Shown here piece after piece: positions 28,011 through 38,018 of a DNA stretch of 64,000 nucleotides (positions within the stretch are counted from its first letter, which is position 1; each line of letters begins with the position of its first letter). The stretch spans positions 1-64,000 of IMG/VR virus record IMGVR_UViG_3300032050_000075. One strand, given 5' to 3'. Made by a program: the position numbers and the translations under genes. The stretch is from a virus. The notes under the pieces were generated by a model. It saw nothing but the letters and a program-made list of their open reading frames with translations. It was not told the DNA's origin and ran no database searches.

Positions 28011-31000
28011 TACGCTAATTTACAAGATTTTTTAAGGTCAAATATTTCTTCATCTGTTACAGGCTGCCTAGACTGTACAATTCTTCTACCCTGAAGTGTC
28101 TTTAAGTAATTAGGATTTAGGTATCCGAATTTCTCAAATAACTGCTGCGAAAGATAGTTAAAAGTTTCTGGAGCTGATGGTTCAAAATCTGGTTTTTCTT
28201 TAAGCGGTAAGTACTCATTATATCCAGCCATATATTGACCATAACCGTTAGCATCAAATAATAATTCATAACCCTCAGCTTGCTTGCTTTTTAACTCATT
28301 GATCATTGCATCAATCATTTCCTTGTTTTGCTCTAGGGTATCGTCAGTAAACATTAGTTTTTTGTCTTGTTTACCAGCACGAGTAGTAGGCATTGAACCT
28401 TTTTTAGTTATAATACCGTAGGCATATTCTCCCATTGCTCTATAAGCTGAGTTGTTGCCCTGTGCATTTTTAGTTCTTCCGTCTATCTCATTAAATACAA
28501 CAAGTTGTTTATCAGTGCTTTGTGCAAGAACACTAGCAAACTCCTTCATTATAGCTTCCGTGAGATTTTTATCTCCAGTTGAAAACTGTGTACTATTAGT
28601 TAAGTTATCTTTTACTAGTGTAAATTTATCTAATTCAATACTCATCTTTCCACTAGGAGCATCAAGATCAATATACTCTTTTGTGTATCGTCGATATGTG
28701 GTTATTTCATCAATAGATTTAGCAAAGGCTTTTACTTTTACCTTCAGAGCCTTATTACCTTCTTCAGAATACTGTGCTTCAAATAAACTATCGTATAAAT
28801 CTAATGGGCTAGCATCAGGATTAGCTAAGAACTGCTCATATGGTTCCTTAACTAGATTAAGATAACTTTCGTTTGATACAAATGGAATCAGACTAAATGT
28901 GCTTGCAGTATCAATACCGGACTGAAGTAATGCAAAGTGTGTCATTTTCTGAAACAAATTGCTTAGTAGGGCATTTTCAAAAGAATCTTTTACCTTTCTT
29001 ACTGTAGCATCTGAAAGCTCTTGTAGATTGTCATACAGTCTTTCTATATCTTTTCCTTTTGGTCTTCCCCCAATTCTAAGGTTAGATATTTCTGTATTTC
29101 CGTATCTAGTATTAACAATCTCCAAGTCACTAAGGAACTGGTACTTTTCAAACAGTTCTGGATTAGTATCTTTCAGAGCCATGATTTGCTTAGCATATGC
29201 TCTCTTGCCAAAGAACATATGCCCATGGTAATTCAAACCATCTAATGTTCTATCTCTAAGAACCATCTCATATGCTTTGAAATCTGCATTTGCATCCCCA
29301 GTAAATTCTTTTTTATACTCAAAGAATTCTTTGGTCTTAGATATGTTTTCAAAACTATTAGTAGCTATTGATCTATTGATCTCTCTTTGGTATGTGTACT
29401 TATAATATAATCCCTCTGCAACATCTTTATCGTATAGAGATAAAACTGTTGGATCTATAGGTGCAATTGCATATCCCCAGGCTTGTCCTGATTTATATTT
29501 TTCAGAATTAAATATCTCTTTAATTTTTGCCCTATCTACATAAAGTACACCGTCCTTTACAAAAGCACCATTATTAAGTGATTTTACTTCTTGAATATCA
29601 TAAGTAAGATCTACGCCATTATATGTTTTTGCATTTGGGTCAAACTTATAGTAGTTCTGCTGAAAGATAAACGAAATAAGATCTGATCTATATTTATTGA
29701 TTACATCCTCATCATCTGCCATACCTATTCTTTTCTTGAGTGTTGACAGCTTTTGTCTAAAATTCTTATCCCGTGCCAATAAAGCAGAAGATATATGATT
29801 ATTTAATTTGTCACCATCTCTTAGCGGGAATATATCTTTGAAAACATCAACAATAAAATCTTGAATTTTAAACGCACCCTTAGGAGAGTTATTGATTATC
29901 ATGTCAATAGACTCCTGTGATATGCCATTTGCCAGGTCATTTAATTCACTGAGTTTTGTTCTTGCTTCAAACAGTGTAGAGGTTTTACTAGTATCAAAGT
30001 TTAACTTCTGTGTAAGATTAGTAACCCCATTTGCCATCTCTTCTATTTCTAGATAATGTGCAAACACTGCTCTATCTACATCTGTATACTCTTTACTTTT
30101 AATATTATCCTCAAGTGCTTTTTCTGAGAAAAGATTTTTGTCCGCACTTTTAGCAATTCCTTCAATTGTTGGCCATAGCATCCATTTCTTTACCGTACCA
30201 TCTTTTTCGTAATCTTTTTTAACTAGACCAAACCCAAACTCCTCATCAAATAAAATCTGATCTCTTGCCGTAATTCTATAGTATGTGCCTGGATCTTTGA
30301 TACCAAGCGGTTCATTGAATTTACTACGAAGCATTTTCTGTTTTCTAATGTATTCTCTAATTATGGGCTGTGACATAAACAGTGCAACCTGTTTAGCAGG
30401 TACACCAGCCTGAATCATAAATACAATTTTAGAAATAGCCTCTTTATCAGCCTGCAAATCAAAGATCCAATCATCCTTAGCAACGTCTACAGAACCATTA
30501 ATCATTTGACTAATTAAGTCTGAAATTTTATCAATACCATCAGCAGAGTATAAACTAGACAATGAGATATTACCATCTATAGTATTGTGTGGTAATTCTA
30601 GGGTTTGTCTACCATATACATTTCCTGATTCAGTACTTGTTACAACTCTTTCAGGAAGTAAGACAAGACCTGTTCTATTAAATATTGTACTGAAGGTATT
30701 ATTAACTGCAATAATTCCTAGAATCATCTTACCAATATTGTTGGATTGATGCTTCTCCAGGTTAACCTCTGATTCAAAAATATCTGTTGCAGATCTCTTT
30801 TGTTTTTTACCTTTTAGTTTTTCAGCAATCTGTTCTGCAATATCCTTTAGAGTGATTGTTGTATTAGGAGTTACAAGAGAAAGGAAGTTATCTTCTTTCT
30901 CCAAAATTTCTTTTGTAATAAATAAGATATCATTTTCAACCCCATTGATTGTATCTCCTGTTTCAATCTGTGCTACACCATCCTCGTCAACTTTAATATT

Positions 31001-34000
31001 TGGGAATAGCGTAAACATCTTATCAATGTCAAAGTCACCACCAGTCTTACCTACAATTTCTGCGGGGAGTATAATGATATTACCAGATGATTCGGGTAAG
31101 AATTCGGCAATCTCCATAAACTCCATTGAGTTTAATCCCTGAGTCGGAATCCTTACTGCAACAGATGTAATAAGGTTTCTATTATTATTTACCCATTCCT
31201 CATCCTTAAGGCGCATATTTAATGCATCTAATGGGGATATATCTTGTTCTCTAGCCAAGGTTCTTACATCCTCTAGTCTAAGGAGTTCTTTAAACTTACC
31301 CTGCATTGCAATTTTTATTTGCATTGCCTGTGTTTTTCCATCCTTTAGGTCATAGAATCTCAATCCTCTTTGGCCATATTTTTTTGCTTCTTCTTTAGAC
31401 GGCTTACGGAAATTAGCTTTTTCAAATCCAGTACCTGCAACTTGTACAAGACTTTCACCATTTACTTTTTGGTTTATTAAGTTCTTTTGTACAACAGCAA
31501 CAAGACCTCTCTCAATGCTATCTGCCATTAGAGAAAGATCTAAGCTATTCTTGAATTTATTCTTTTGCTCATCAAAATCTACAAATTCAATACTATGTTC
31601 GGCCATTTCTCTTCTAGTAAGTTCCCTTCTAATGAACTTAACTAGATCTATTGGATTGGTTCCAATTTCTTTTTGTAGCTTTTGTTTTTTAAGTTCTACT
31701 AACTTTTTTAGTCTAGACTCATATAAGTCAAGTAATCTGTAGTTATTTGAACCTCGCTTATTAGTCTCTTCTTTCCACTGCTTAATTCTTTCAAACTTAT
31801 CCTTAAGTTCTGGTTTCCAGTCAGTTGGAACACCATTCTCCATAAGACCTTCCTCAATCAATGTTCTCAGCTGAGTTGGGAATGTTACATATCCTTTGTA
31901 TGCATCATTTACTTCAAGTTGATCTTTAAAGTAATCAAGGAATATATTGTTTTTAGTAAAGGTGTAGGCAGGATTAGCAAATGCTACAGACTGATCTTTC
32001 TCATTAGTATTATCATTATAGAACTTATCTACAGCACCATTATCAGTAATTGTATTGATCTTAGACCCGGATTGGAACATTGCGTAGTCTACACCTTGTT
32101 CCAACATTCTTTGCTGTAGTATCTCCATATGAGTATCTACAGTAATGTTAGGAATCAAAGGCATCAAAGAATACTTATGGAATCCATAAACAGGAAGACC
32201 ATCTGTTGCAAGTGGTCCCCAGTATTGCATCTTTTTAACAGGGAAAAACTGAAGTAATTCTCTTACATCTACCTGTTCATTATTTATCACCTTAGAATAA
32301 AGCTGTTCCTGATAATGTGACCATTTATTAAGTGATAACAGTAAAGATCTATATGCATCGAAGTTGATCCATCCTTGGCCATCACCTTCTTTCATAGAAG
32401 CATAGGCATCATTAAAAATATCCTCAGTCTTTTTTAATGCCTGATTTATTGTATCCTCAGATAAGTTCAGGTCTCTTAGTCTTGCCTCTTCTTTTTCTTT
32501 GGCATACTTAAGATAATCATCTAGATATAATGATCTGGTTGCTGTATCCTGCATTACTGCAGCAGACATAATTTTGCCAAATGACTTAGGTGTAATACCT
32601 AATTTACCGGCTAAAGAATCCTCCCTAAGTTTTTGATTGATGTACTCAATCATATATTTATCTGTACGAGGAATGTCTCCTGTAGCAGAGAAACCAGCAT
32701 TTCTTTTAAAGAATTCGTCTTTACTATGATCATATAATGCAGGGTCACCATAGAACAAAAGAGTAGACTCATATTTATGTAGCCAGTCATTTGCTGTATA
32801 AGCAATAGCTATTGAATCTACAATCTCCTTCTTTCTGTCTCTAGATAGGGTTGTAAGGGTTTCTGATTTCTCATATCCCTTTTTCTTAGTACGAAGCATT
32901 CTCTTAACAAGCTCATCTACAAGCTGATCATTCTGAAAGAAGTTTACTTCATTTAATTTTTCAGTAATTATATTGCTTCTGCTAAATATATACTCCGTAA
33001 TTTCTTTTTCAACTGTATTTTTAAGGTCTCGGTTAATTGGGTCATTCAGGTATCTGTAAAAATTTTCGGCAGTTCTAATACTATTTTCTTTAGCACCTCT
33101 AAATGCTTTTAATTTATTCTTAGTAGTATCAGATAAAATTTTATCAAAGATTGCAAACTGAGTACCTGTCTTGTAATAATTAGATTTACCTACGGTAACT
33201 GTTCCTGCAGAATCTCCATCTTCTAGTTTTTGAATACGTTCATATTCACTTGCCAAATATTGTACAAGTTGGTTTACGTATTTCTGTACACCTGTAGACA
33301 TATTTTCTCCAACCGCATCAGAAAAAGAAGCAATATCAATTAAATGAACATTACCTTCTTCATCTACAACTTTATATAAGTATGTAGTAGACTTATCTGC
33401 GTGACGTGTTGCTTCATTGACGCCATATAGCATCATCATAAGCATGTCTTCTAGCCTCTTAGTAACAGCATCTGCACTAGATGATGCTACTCCAGAATTC
33501 TCAACAATACTTTTTACGTTTACTAACTCCCGGCTTACTCCTGACATATTCATCAGTTCTATTCTAGCCGTAGTCATCTTATTGTTTACAATACCAGTTT
33601 TCTTTTTCCCGTTCTTATCAAACAGTCTTCTGAAGAAAGCTGATGTCTTTACAAACGGATTACGTCTGCGGGACAAATGATTCATACTTAAATCATCTGC
33701 ATTGGTCACACCATCCTGAGTAAGTTCAGTTTCAGTATTAGCAGCATTTAACTTAGAGATTGTCTGAGAAGCTGAACTTCTTAATGATCTTTCGTACTGG
33801 TTCTGGTTCTCCGCATTAGATACAGTAGTGTCAGAAAAGTCGTCAGACCATTTCAATTGAAACTTCTGAAGATTATTAAAAGTAGCTGTACTTCCTCCAA
33901 GTTTTATCTGCGTACTTATTGCTCTTCTTTTTTCAGAATCAGAAGCACCTGGATCCAGACTTATTTTTACTTTAAAGTCTTTTAGAATTTCAGATGGTTT

Positions 34001-37000
34001 AGTAATTACCAAACGTTTAGTGGGGGAATATTGATTATGATATTCCTGAATTCCCTTTAGCGTTGTATGAATATTACGAACATCAACAAGCATGTTAGAT
34101 TCTCTAAATGCTTTCTCGGCAACCTTAGTTGATTCTAACGGCATACCTACGGCCTCCATAAACCTGTCAGCATTATCAAATGTAACAACTGGAAAATCTG
34201 CTAGTACCTTATCTATATTAAGAGTGTTGACGTTATTCTCATCTACGGTAATATATGGACCTGTTGCAATAGCAAATTGGCTATCCCATTTTTTACCAAC
34301 CTTAGTATATTCTCCAGTAGCCTGAGTAGCCGTTAGGATAACCGTCTTTTTAATCTTATCAGAACCTTCGGGTTTACTATTTTCTACCTTTACTCTAAGG
34401 CTTACAAGACCAATGCGAGGCATGGTCATAATCTTTTCTATGTCTGACCAAAGTCTAACAGAGGAGTTCTCCAGATTAGCAGGACTACCTACCTTATCAA
34501 TAAACTGTTTTATAATAGGGTAATCAGCAGATGCATCTTGAAGCTTCTTATAGATATCATCTACGTTGTTAGACCCTTCAGTAATATTAGTAATCCTATT
34601 CCAGCTTCTATTAAAGTCAGCAAGTTTCGGGAAACCAAGCATGTTCTTTTCTACATTACCATTAGAGTCATGTGAATGCAGTGTCTTTATAGTATAGAGT
34701 AGAGAAGTACCTGCTAATGCCTTCATAGCAGTTTCGTTACCAGCCTTACGGTCAAATTCATTACGTTCGTATACATTGACATCCTCAGGCATATCACCAA
34801 GTCTATCCTCAAATTCCAAGAATTCTGAAGTCTGACCGTGGTATTTTACAAGACCGAATGTGTTGAAGGGGTTGTTACTATCACCAAAGTTGCGTAATGC
34901 ATATGCAAGCAAACTAATCTTATAGTCAATCTCCTGTCTATCAGCATTAGCATCCATAGCATTATGCTCTAGTAGGAGTTCTTCTAGCTTATTAGTAAGC
35001 TGTTCCTCTACATACTTATATGCAAGGGTTCTTCCTTCCTTATCTAGTAGCAGTGCTCTAGTAAATGTCTTAGTATTCTCTGCCTGGTTTAGTTTATCAA
35101 TCAGTTCCCCGATTAATGCATCTGTGCTATCTACTAATAGTTTTGCATCCTGCCTAGAGATAGTTCCAGGACCATCCATCAAAGGATCTAATGGTTGTAT
35201 AGTACTATTAAGTAAAGAGAATTCAGCATTAGCCTGATTAAAGGTGTACTGATTTATATCTCCTACTCTTAATTTCTCAAACATCTCACTAATAACAGGG
35301 TTACCCATGCTATTATCCTGTACATCCTGTACACTAGTCTTACCAAACAGATAGTTTAGTATATCTAATAAGAGTTGGAATATCTTGTTTCTTACCGGAG
35401 TCTTTTGATTTACCTTCTTACCTTTAGATAGCATAAATTCTCTAAAGTCTTCGGCCAGTTTCTCTTCTAGTTCTTCTCTGGTAGCATTAGCATATGATAC
35501 TTCTCTTCCTCTGAAACTCTTAAAGGTTCCTTTATTCTTTCTAGCCTCAGCATATAATGAATCTCTTTGTTCTTTAGTCAAGAATGTCTGAGTAAAGCCG
35601 TGCCATGCTTCATGGTATAGATCTGAGTAGTTAGACCCTTTGTATAGGGTAATGCCGTGCACATCCCAGGTAGCAATAGATCCTCTAGTCTTAGTATTGA
35701 CTACATTAAATGCTACAGTAAATGGGATAAACTTAGCAAGAGGACTGTTTTCATACCATTCTTTGGCCAGTTTTATCTGCTCTGCAGTAGCCTTGACATT
35801 GGTTTGGTCATCAAGTTTGTTACGCAATCTCTTAAGCAAATCATTATTCTTAAGGATCTTACTTATAGTATCTGCATCACTTGATGATTTACCTTCTTGT
35901 TCTTTTACAATTGGTTCAGCCTTTGCAATAACCTCTTCAGTTTTTTTAGGTTGTTTAAAGTCTGTCTCCTGAATATTTCCTACATACTTATCTCCGATGT
36001 ATACTTCTACAACATCAAAGAATTCTCTCCCATCCTCAGTAACAACTCTATCTACAAGCTTTAATGTAGCTTTCTTACTAAGGTCTGATTCATTTATAGG
36101 CTCTGCATTTCTATTATAGAAATTAACTACAGTACCATCAGCCTTTATAAATTCAAAACGAGTAACACTGTTCTGTGGTCTCTGGATATCTCCTATTACT
36201 TCCTCACCTCTAAGTAACTGATCAACTATTGTATCTTTCTTTTCTCTAACTGTAGAATAAGTTGTAGGTTCTTCTGCTTTAAGTATAGTTTTTCCAATAC
36301 TCTCCGGTGTAGAAACCAAACTAAAGTATGGATTGTACTGCTTTATAGTTCCATCAGGAGCAAGTTCTGTTTTTACTTCTGTGACATGGCTCATGTATTC
36401 AATAGGAGACATGGCCTTTACTCCAGAAATATATGCGCCACCAGTTCTTTCATCGATTTCTACGGTATAAAAAGGAACTGCTTCTTCGCTATTAAACTTG
36501 TTTGTCAGGAAAGTATATTCACGAAGATTGCCGGTCTTATCTTTTGTAATAGCATTCCTTACGGCCTGCTCATTATCCAAATCAATAATTTCATTTTTAT
36601 ACTTAAGTACTAATCTATTCTTTTCTGAGTCAGTAGATATGCTTATATCATTAGCAGACATCTTAATATATGTCTGAATGATATTCTTTCTAGTCTCAAG
36701 AGATACAGGTTGACCTGCCTGATTAGTAATACTTTTAGTAAGTACATTATAAATAAGATTAGTATCTGAATCAGATAGCTTCTTATTCTTCATATACATT
36801 AATCCTTTTCCAGAAACAGAAAGATAGAATCCGCCCTTAGAATTTGAAGAACCGGTTGCCTCAACAATCTGATTCTTATTAAGCAGCATTACCTTCTTAG
36901 CAGCACCCTCAAAGTCAATAGTTTTAGGATCTACAAAAGCGGCCTTTTCGTTTACTATTGCCCCATAGCTTCCACCTGAAATTGAAAATAAAATCTTCTC

Positions 37001-38017
37001 TTCAGGATTAGATTTAAGATAGGAGTATGATTGCTCTAATGCTGTAAACTGCGCATTCAAAAGCTTCTCAGCTTCTAATTCAGTTATGTTAAGATTTTTA
37101 GATAGTTCAGTAGGATTCTGAACGTTCTTAACATTTGTTAAAATAAATTTTCCGTCTCTTTTTGCAGGTAGGAATCTGGTATTATAATAAATCATTTTAC
37201 CAGATAACGAAACATTGTAGTCCTGATCAAAAATTACCGGATTACCTTCACTATCAGTTATCGTATAAACAAAACCGTTATCATACAACTCTTTATCTTC
37301 AGGTCTATTAAGATCCATCTTAGAGTGTAGCTGTGCTGCAGGTATTTGATTATACCGCATCATTGTAACAAATAGGCCACCGTATACTCCTGGATAATAG
37401 ATACCAGACAATTCTGTGGCCCCTACACGCTTACCAATATGATTTCTAAGGATCTCATGAACAAATTTTGTGTAGTACTGCATTCCTGGGTCAGCCCCAA
37501 GACTTGGATCATCTGGATCTACTAATTCATTTATAGTAGTAGATATTGCTGTTTGTGGACGTAATCTTGCTAACTGAAATGTATTTTCTGATATTTTTTG
37601 CTCAACTTTTTTTTGTTGTATTTCTTTTTCTTCTTCCTTAAGAATATCTTCTACTACATCTTTAGAAACAATAGGTGCAACATATTCACTTACAAGATTT
37701 AATCCATTGACTGGATCTGCAAACTCAATGTTTTTCTTCATTAACTCATTGAGATCCAAACCTTTAAACAGAAGCTTGGCAATATCATTCGGTCTATTTG
37801 TAGTCAATTGTGATATAATCACAGATCCCATCCTTGCATAGTCTAATGCAAGATTCTTATTACCGTTTGATCCGGCTTCAATAAGATTATAAAGATCTTT
37901 CAAGTATGACTTAACGTCAAACTGTGATTCTGAACTTGTAAGTATATCTAACAAGTCACCTGAAATCTTTACTCTAAGGGTTCTGATTTGATCAGGCGTG
38001 AGACTACAATTTATCAT
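28010..38017 (-). CDS. virion-associated DNA-dependent RNA polymerase (crAss-type), with a zincin-like domain
   Basis: 3335 aa; catalytic GGDFDIDK near 31020-31042, RIPTQG and DGQGW motifs; HEAWH at 35614-35600. Confidence 0.92.
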   Translation of the reverse strand: MINCSLTPDQIRTLRVKISGDLLDILTSSESQFDVKSYLKDLYNLIEAGSNGNKNLALDYARMGSVIISQLTTNRPNDIAKLLFKGLDLNELMKKNIEFADPVNGLNLVSEYVAPIVSKDVVEDILKEEEKEIQQKKVEQKISENTFQLARLRPQTAISTTINELVDPDDPSLGADPGMQYYTKFVHEILRNHIGKRVGATELSGIYYPGVYGGLFVTMMRYNQIPAAQLHSKMDLNRPEDKELYDNGFVYTITDSEGNPVIFDQDYNVSLSGKMIYYNTRFLPAKRDGKFILTNVKNVQNPTELSKNLNITELEAEKLLNAQFTALEQSYSYLKSNPEEKILFSISGGSYGAIVNEKAAFVDPKTIDFEGAAKKVMLLNKNQIVEATGSSNSKGGFYLSVSGKGLMYMKNKKLSDSDTNLIYNVLTKSITNQAGQPVSLETRKNIIQTYIKMSANDISISTDSEKNRLVLKYKNEIIDLDNEQAVRNAITKDKTGNLREYTFLTNKFNSEEAVPFYTVEIDERTGGAYISGVKAMSPIEYMSHVTEVKTELAPDGTIKQYNPYFSLVSTPESIGKTILKAEEPTTYSTVREKKDTIVDQLLRGEEVIGDIQRPQNSVTRFEFIKADGTVVNFYNRNAEPINESDLSKKATLKLVDRVVTEDGREFFDVVEVYIGDKYVGNIQETDFKQPKKTEEVIAKAEPIVKEQEGKSSSDADTISKILKNNDLLKRLRNKLDDQTNVKATAEQIKLAKEWYENSPLAKFIPFTVAFNVVNTKTRGSIATWDVHGITLYKGSNYSDLYHEAWHGFTQTFLTKEQRDSLYAEARKNKGTFKSFRGREVSYANATREELEEKLAEDFREFMLSKGKKVNQKTPVRNKIFQLLLDILNYLFGKTSVQDVQDNSMGNPVISEMFEKLRVGDINQYTFNQANAEFSLLNSTIQPLDPLMDGPGTISRQDAKLLVDSTDALIGELIDKLNQAENTKTFTRALLLDKEGRTLAYKYVEEQLTNKLEELLLEHNAMDANADRQEIDYKISLLAYALRNFGDSNNPFNTFGLVKYHGQTSEFLEFEDRLGDMPEDVNVYERNEFDRKAGNETAMKALAGTSLLYTIKTLHSHDSNGNVEKNMLGFPKLADFNRSWNRITNITEGSNNVDDIYKKLQDASADYPIIKQFIDKVGSPANLENSSVRLWSDIEKIMTMPRIGLVSLRVKVENSKPEGSDKIKKTVILTATQATGEYTKVGKKWDSQFAIATGPYITVDENNVNTLNIDKVLADFPVVTFDNADRFMEAVGMPLESTKVAEKAFRESNMLVDVRNIHTTLKGIQEYHNQYSPTKRLVITKPSEILKDFKVKISLDPGASDSEKRRAISTQIKLGGSTATFNNLQKFQLKWSDDFSDTTVSNAENQNQYERSLRSSASQTISKLNAANTETELTQDGVTNADDLSMNHLSRRRNPFVKTSAFFRRLFDKNGKKKTGIVNNKMTTARIELMNMSGVSRELVNVKSIVENSGVASSSADAVTKRLEDMLMMMLYGVNEATRHADKSTTYLYKVVDEEGNVHLIDIASFSDAVGENMSTGVQKYVNQLVQYLASEYERIQKLEDGDSAGTVTVGKSNYYKTGTQFAIFDKILSDTTKNKLKAFRGAKENSIRTAENFYRYLNDPINRDLKNTVEKEITEYIFSRSNIITEKLNEVNFFQNDQLVDELVKRMLRTKKKGYEKSETLTTLSRDRKKEIVDSIAIAYTANDWLHKYESTLLFYGDPALYDHSKDEFFKRNAGFSATGDIPRTDKYMIEYINQKLREDSLAGKLGITPKSFGKIMSAAVMQDTATRSLYLDDYLKYAKEKEEARLRDLNLSEDTINQALKKTEDIFNDAYASMKEGDGQGWINFDAYRSLLLSLNKWSHYQEQLYSKVINNEQVDVRELLQFFPVKKMQYWGPLATDGLPVYGFHKYSLMPLIPNITVDTHMEILQQRMLEQGVDYAMFQSGSKINTITDNGAVDKFYNDNTNEKDQSVAFANPAYTFTKNNIFLDYFKDQLEVNDAYKGYVTFPTQLRTLIEEGLMENGVPTDWKPELKDKFERIKQWKEETNKRGSNNYRLLDLYESRLKKLVELKKQKLQKEIGTNPIDLVKFIRRELTRREMAEHSIEFVDFDEQKNKFKNSLDLSLMADSIERGLVAVVQKNLINQKVNGESLVQVAGTGFEKANFRKPSKEEAKKYGQRGLRFYDLKDGKTQAMQIKIAMQGKFKELLRLEDVRTLAREQDISPLDALNMRLKDEEWVNNNRNLITSVAVRIPTQGLNSMEFMEIAEFLPESSGNIIILPAEIVGKTGGDFDIDKMFTLFPNIKVDEDGVAQIETGDTINGVENDILFITKEILEKEDNFLSLVTPNTTITLKDIAEQIAEKLKGKKQKRSATDIFESEVNLEKHQSNNIGKMILGIIAVNNTFSTIFNRTGLVLLPERVVTSTESGNVYGRQTLELPHNTIDGNISLSSLYSADGIDKISDLISQMINGSVDVAKDDWIFDLQADKEAISKIVFMIQAGVPAKQVALFMSQPIIREYIRKQKMLRSKFNEPLGIKDPGTYYRITARDQILFDEEFGFGLVKKDYEKDGTVKKWMLWPTIEGIAKSADKNLFSEKALEDNIKSKEYTDVDRAVFAHYLEIEEMANGVTNLTQKLNFDTSKTSTLFEARTKLSELNDLANGISQESIDMIINNSPKGAFKIQDFIVDVFKDIFPLRDGDKLNNHISSALLARDKNFRQKLSTLKKRIGMADDEDVINKYRSDLISFIFQQNYYKFDPNAKTYNGVDLTYDIQEVKSLNNGAFVKDGVLYVDRAKIKEIFNSEKYKSGQAWGYAIAPIDPTVLSLYDKDVAEGLYYKYTYQREINRSIATNSFENISKTKEFFEYKKEFTGDANADFKAYEMVLRDRTLDGLNYHGHMFFGKRAYAKQIMALKDTNPELFEKYQFLSDLEIVNTRYGNTEISNLRIGGRPKGKDIERLYDNLQELSDATVRKVKDSFENALLSNLFQKMTHFALLQSGIDTASTFSLIPFVSNESYLNLVKEPYEQFLANPDASPLDLYDSLFEAQYSEEGNKALKVKVKAFAKSIDEITTYRRYTKEYIDLDAPSGKMSIELDKFTLVKDNLTNSTQFSTGDKNLTEAIMKEFASVLAQSTDKQLVVFNEIDGRTKNAQGNNSAYRAMGEYAYGIITKKGSMPTTRAGKQDKKLMFTDDTLEQNKEMIDAMINELKSKQAEGYELLFDANGYGQYMAGYNEYLPLKEKPDFEPSAPETFNYLSQQLFEKFGYLNPNYLKTLQGRRIVQSRQPVTDEEIFDLKKSCKLA

Positions 38018-38018
38018 T

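Noticed and set aside
7165-38017. Inteins in the helicase, PolB or vRNAP
   Set aside because: Helicase and PolB motifs are contiguous at normal spacing, and I recognised no intein splice-junction or LAGLIDADG motifs in the vRNAP.
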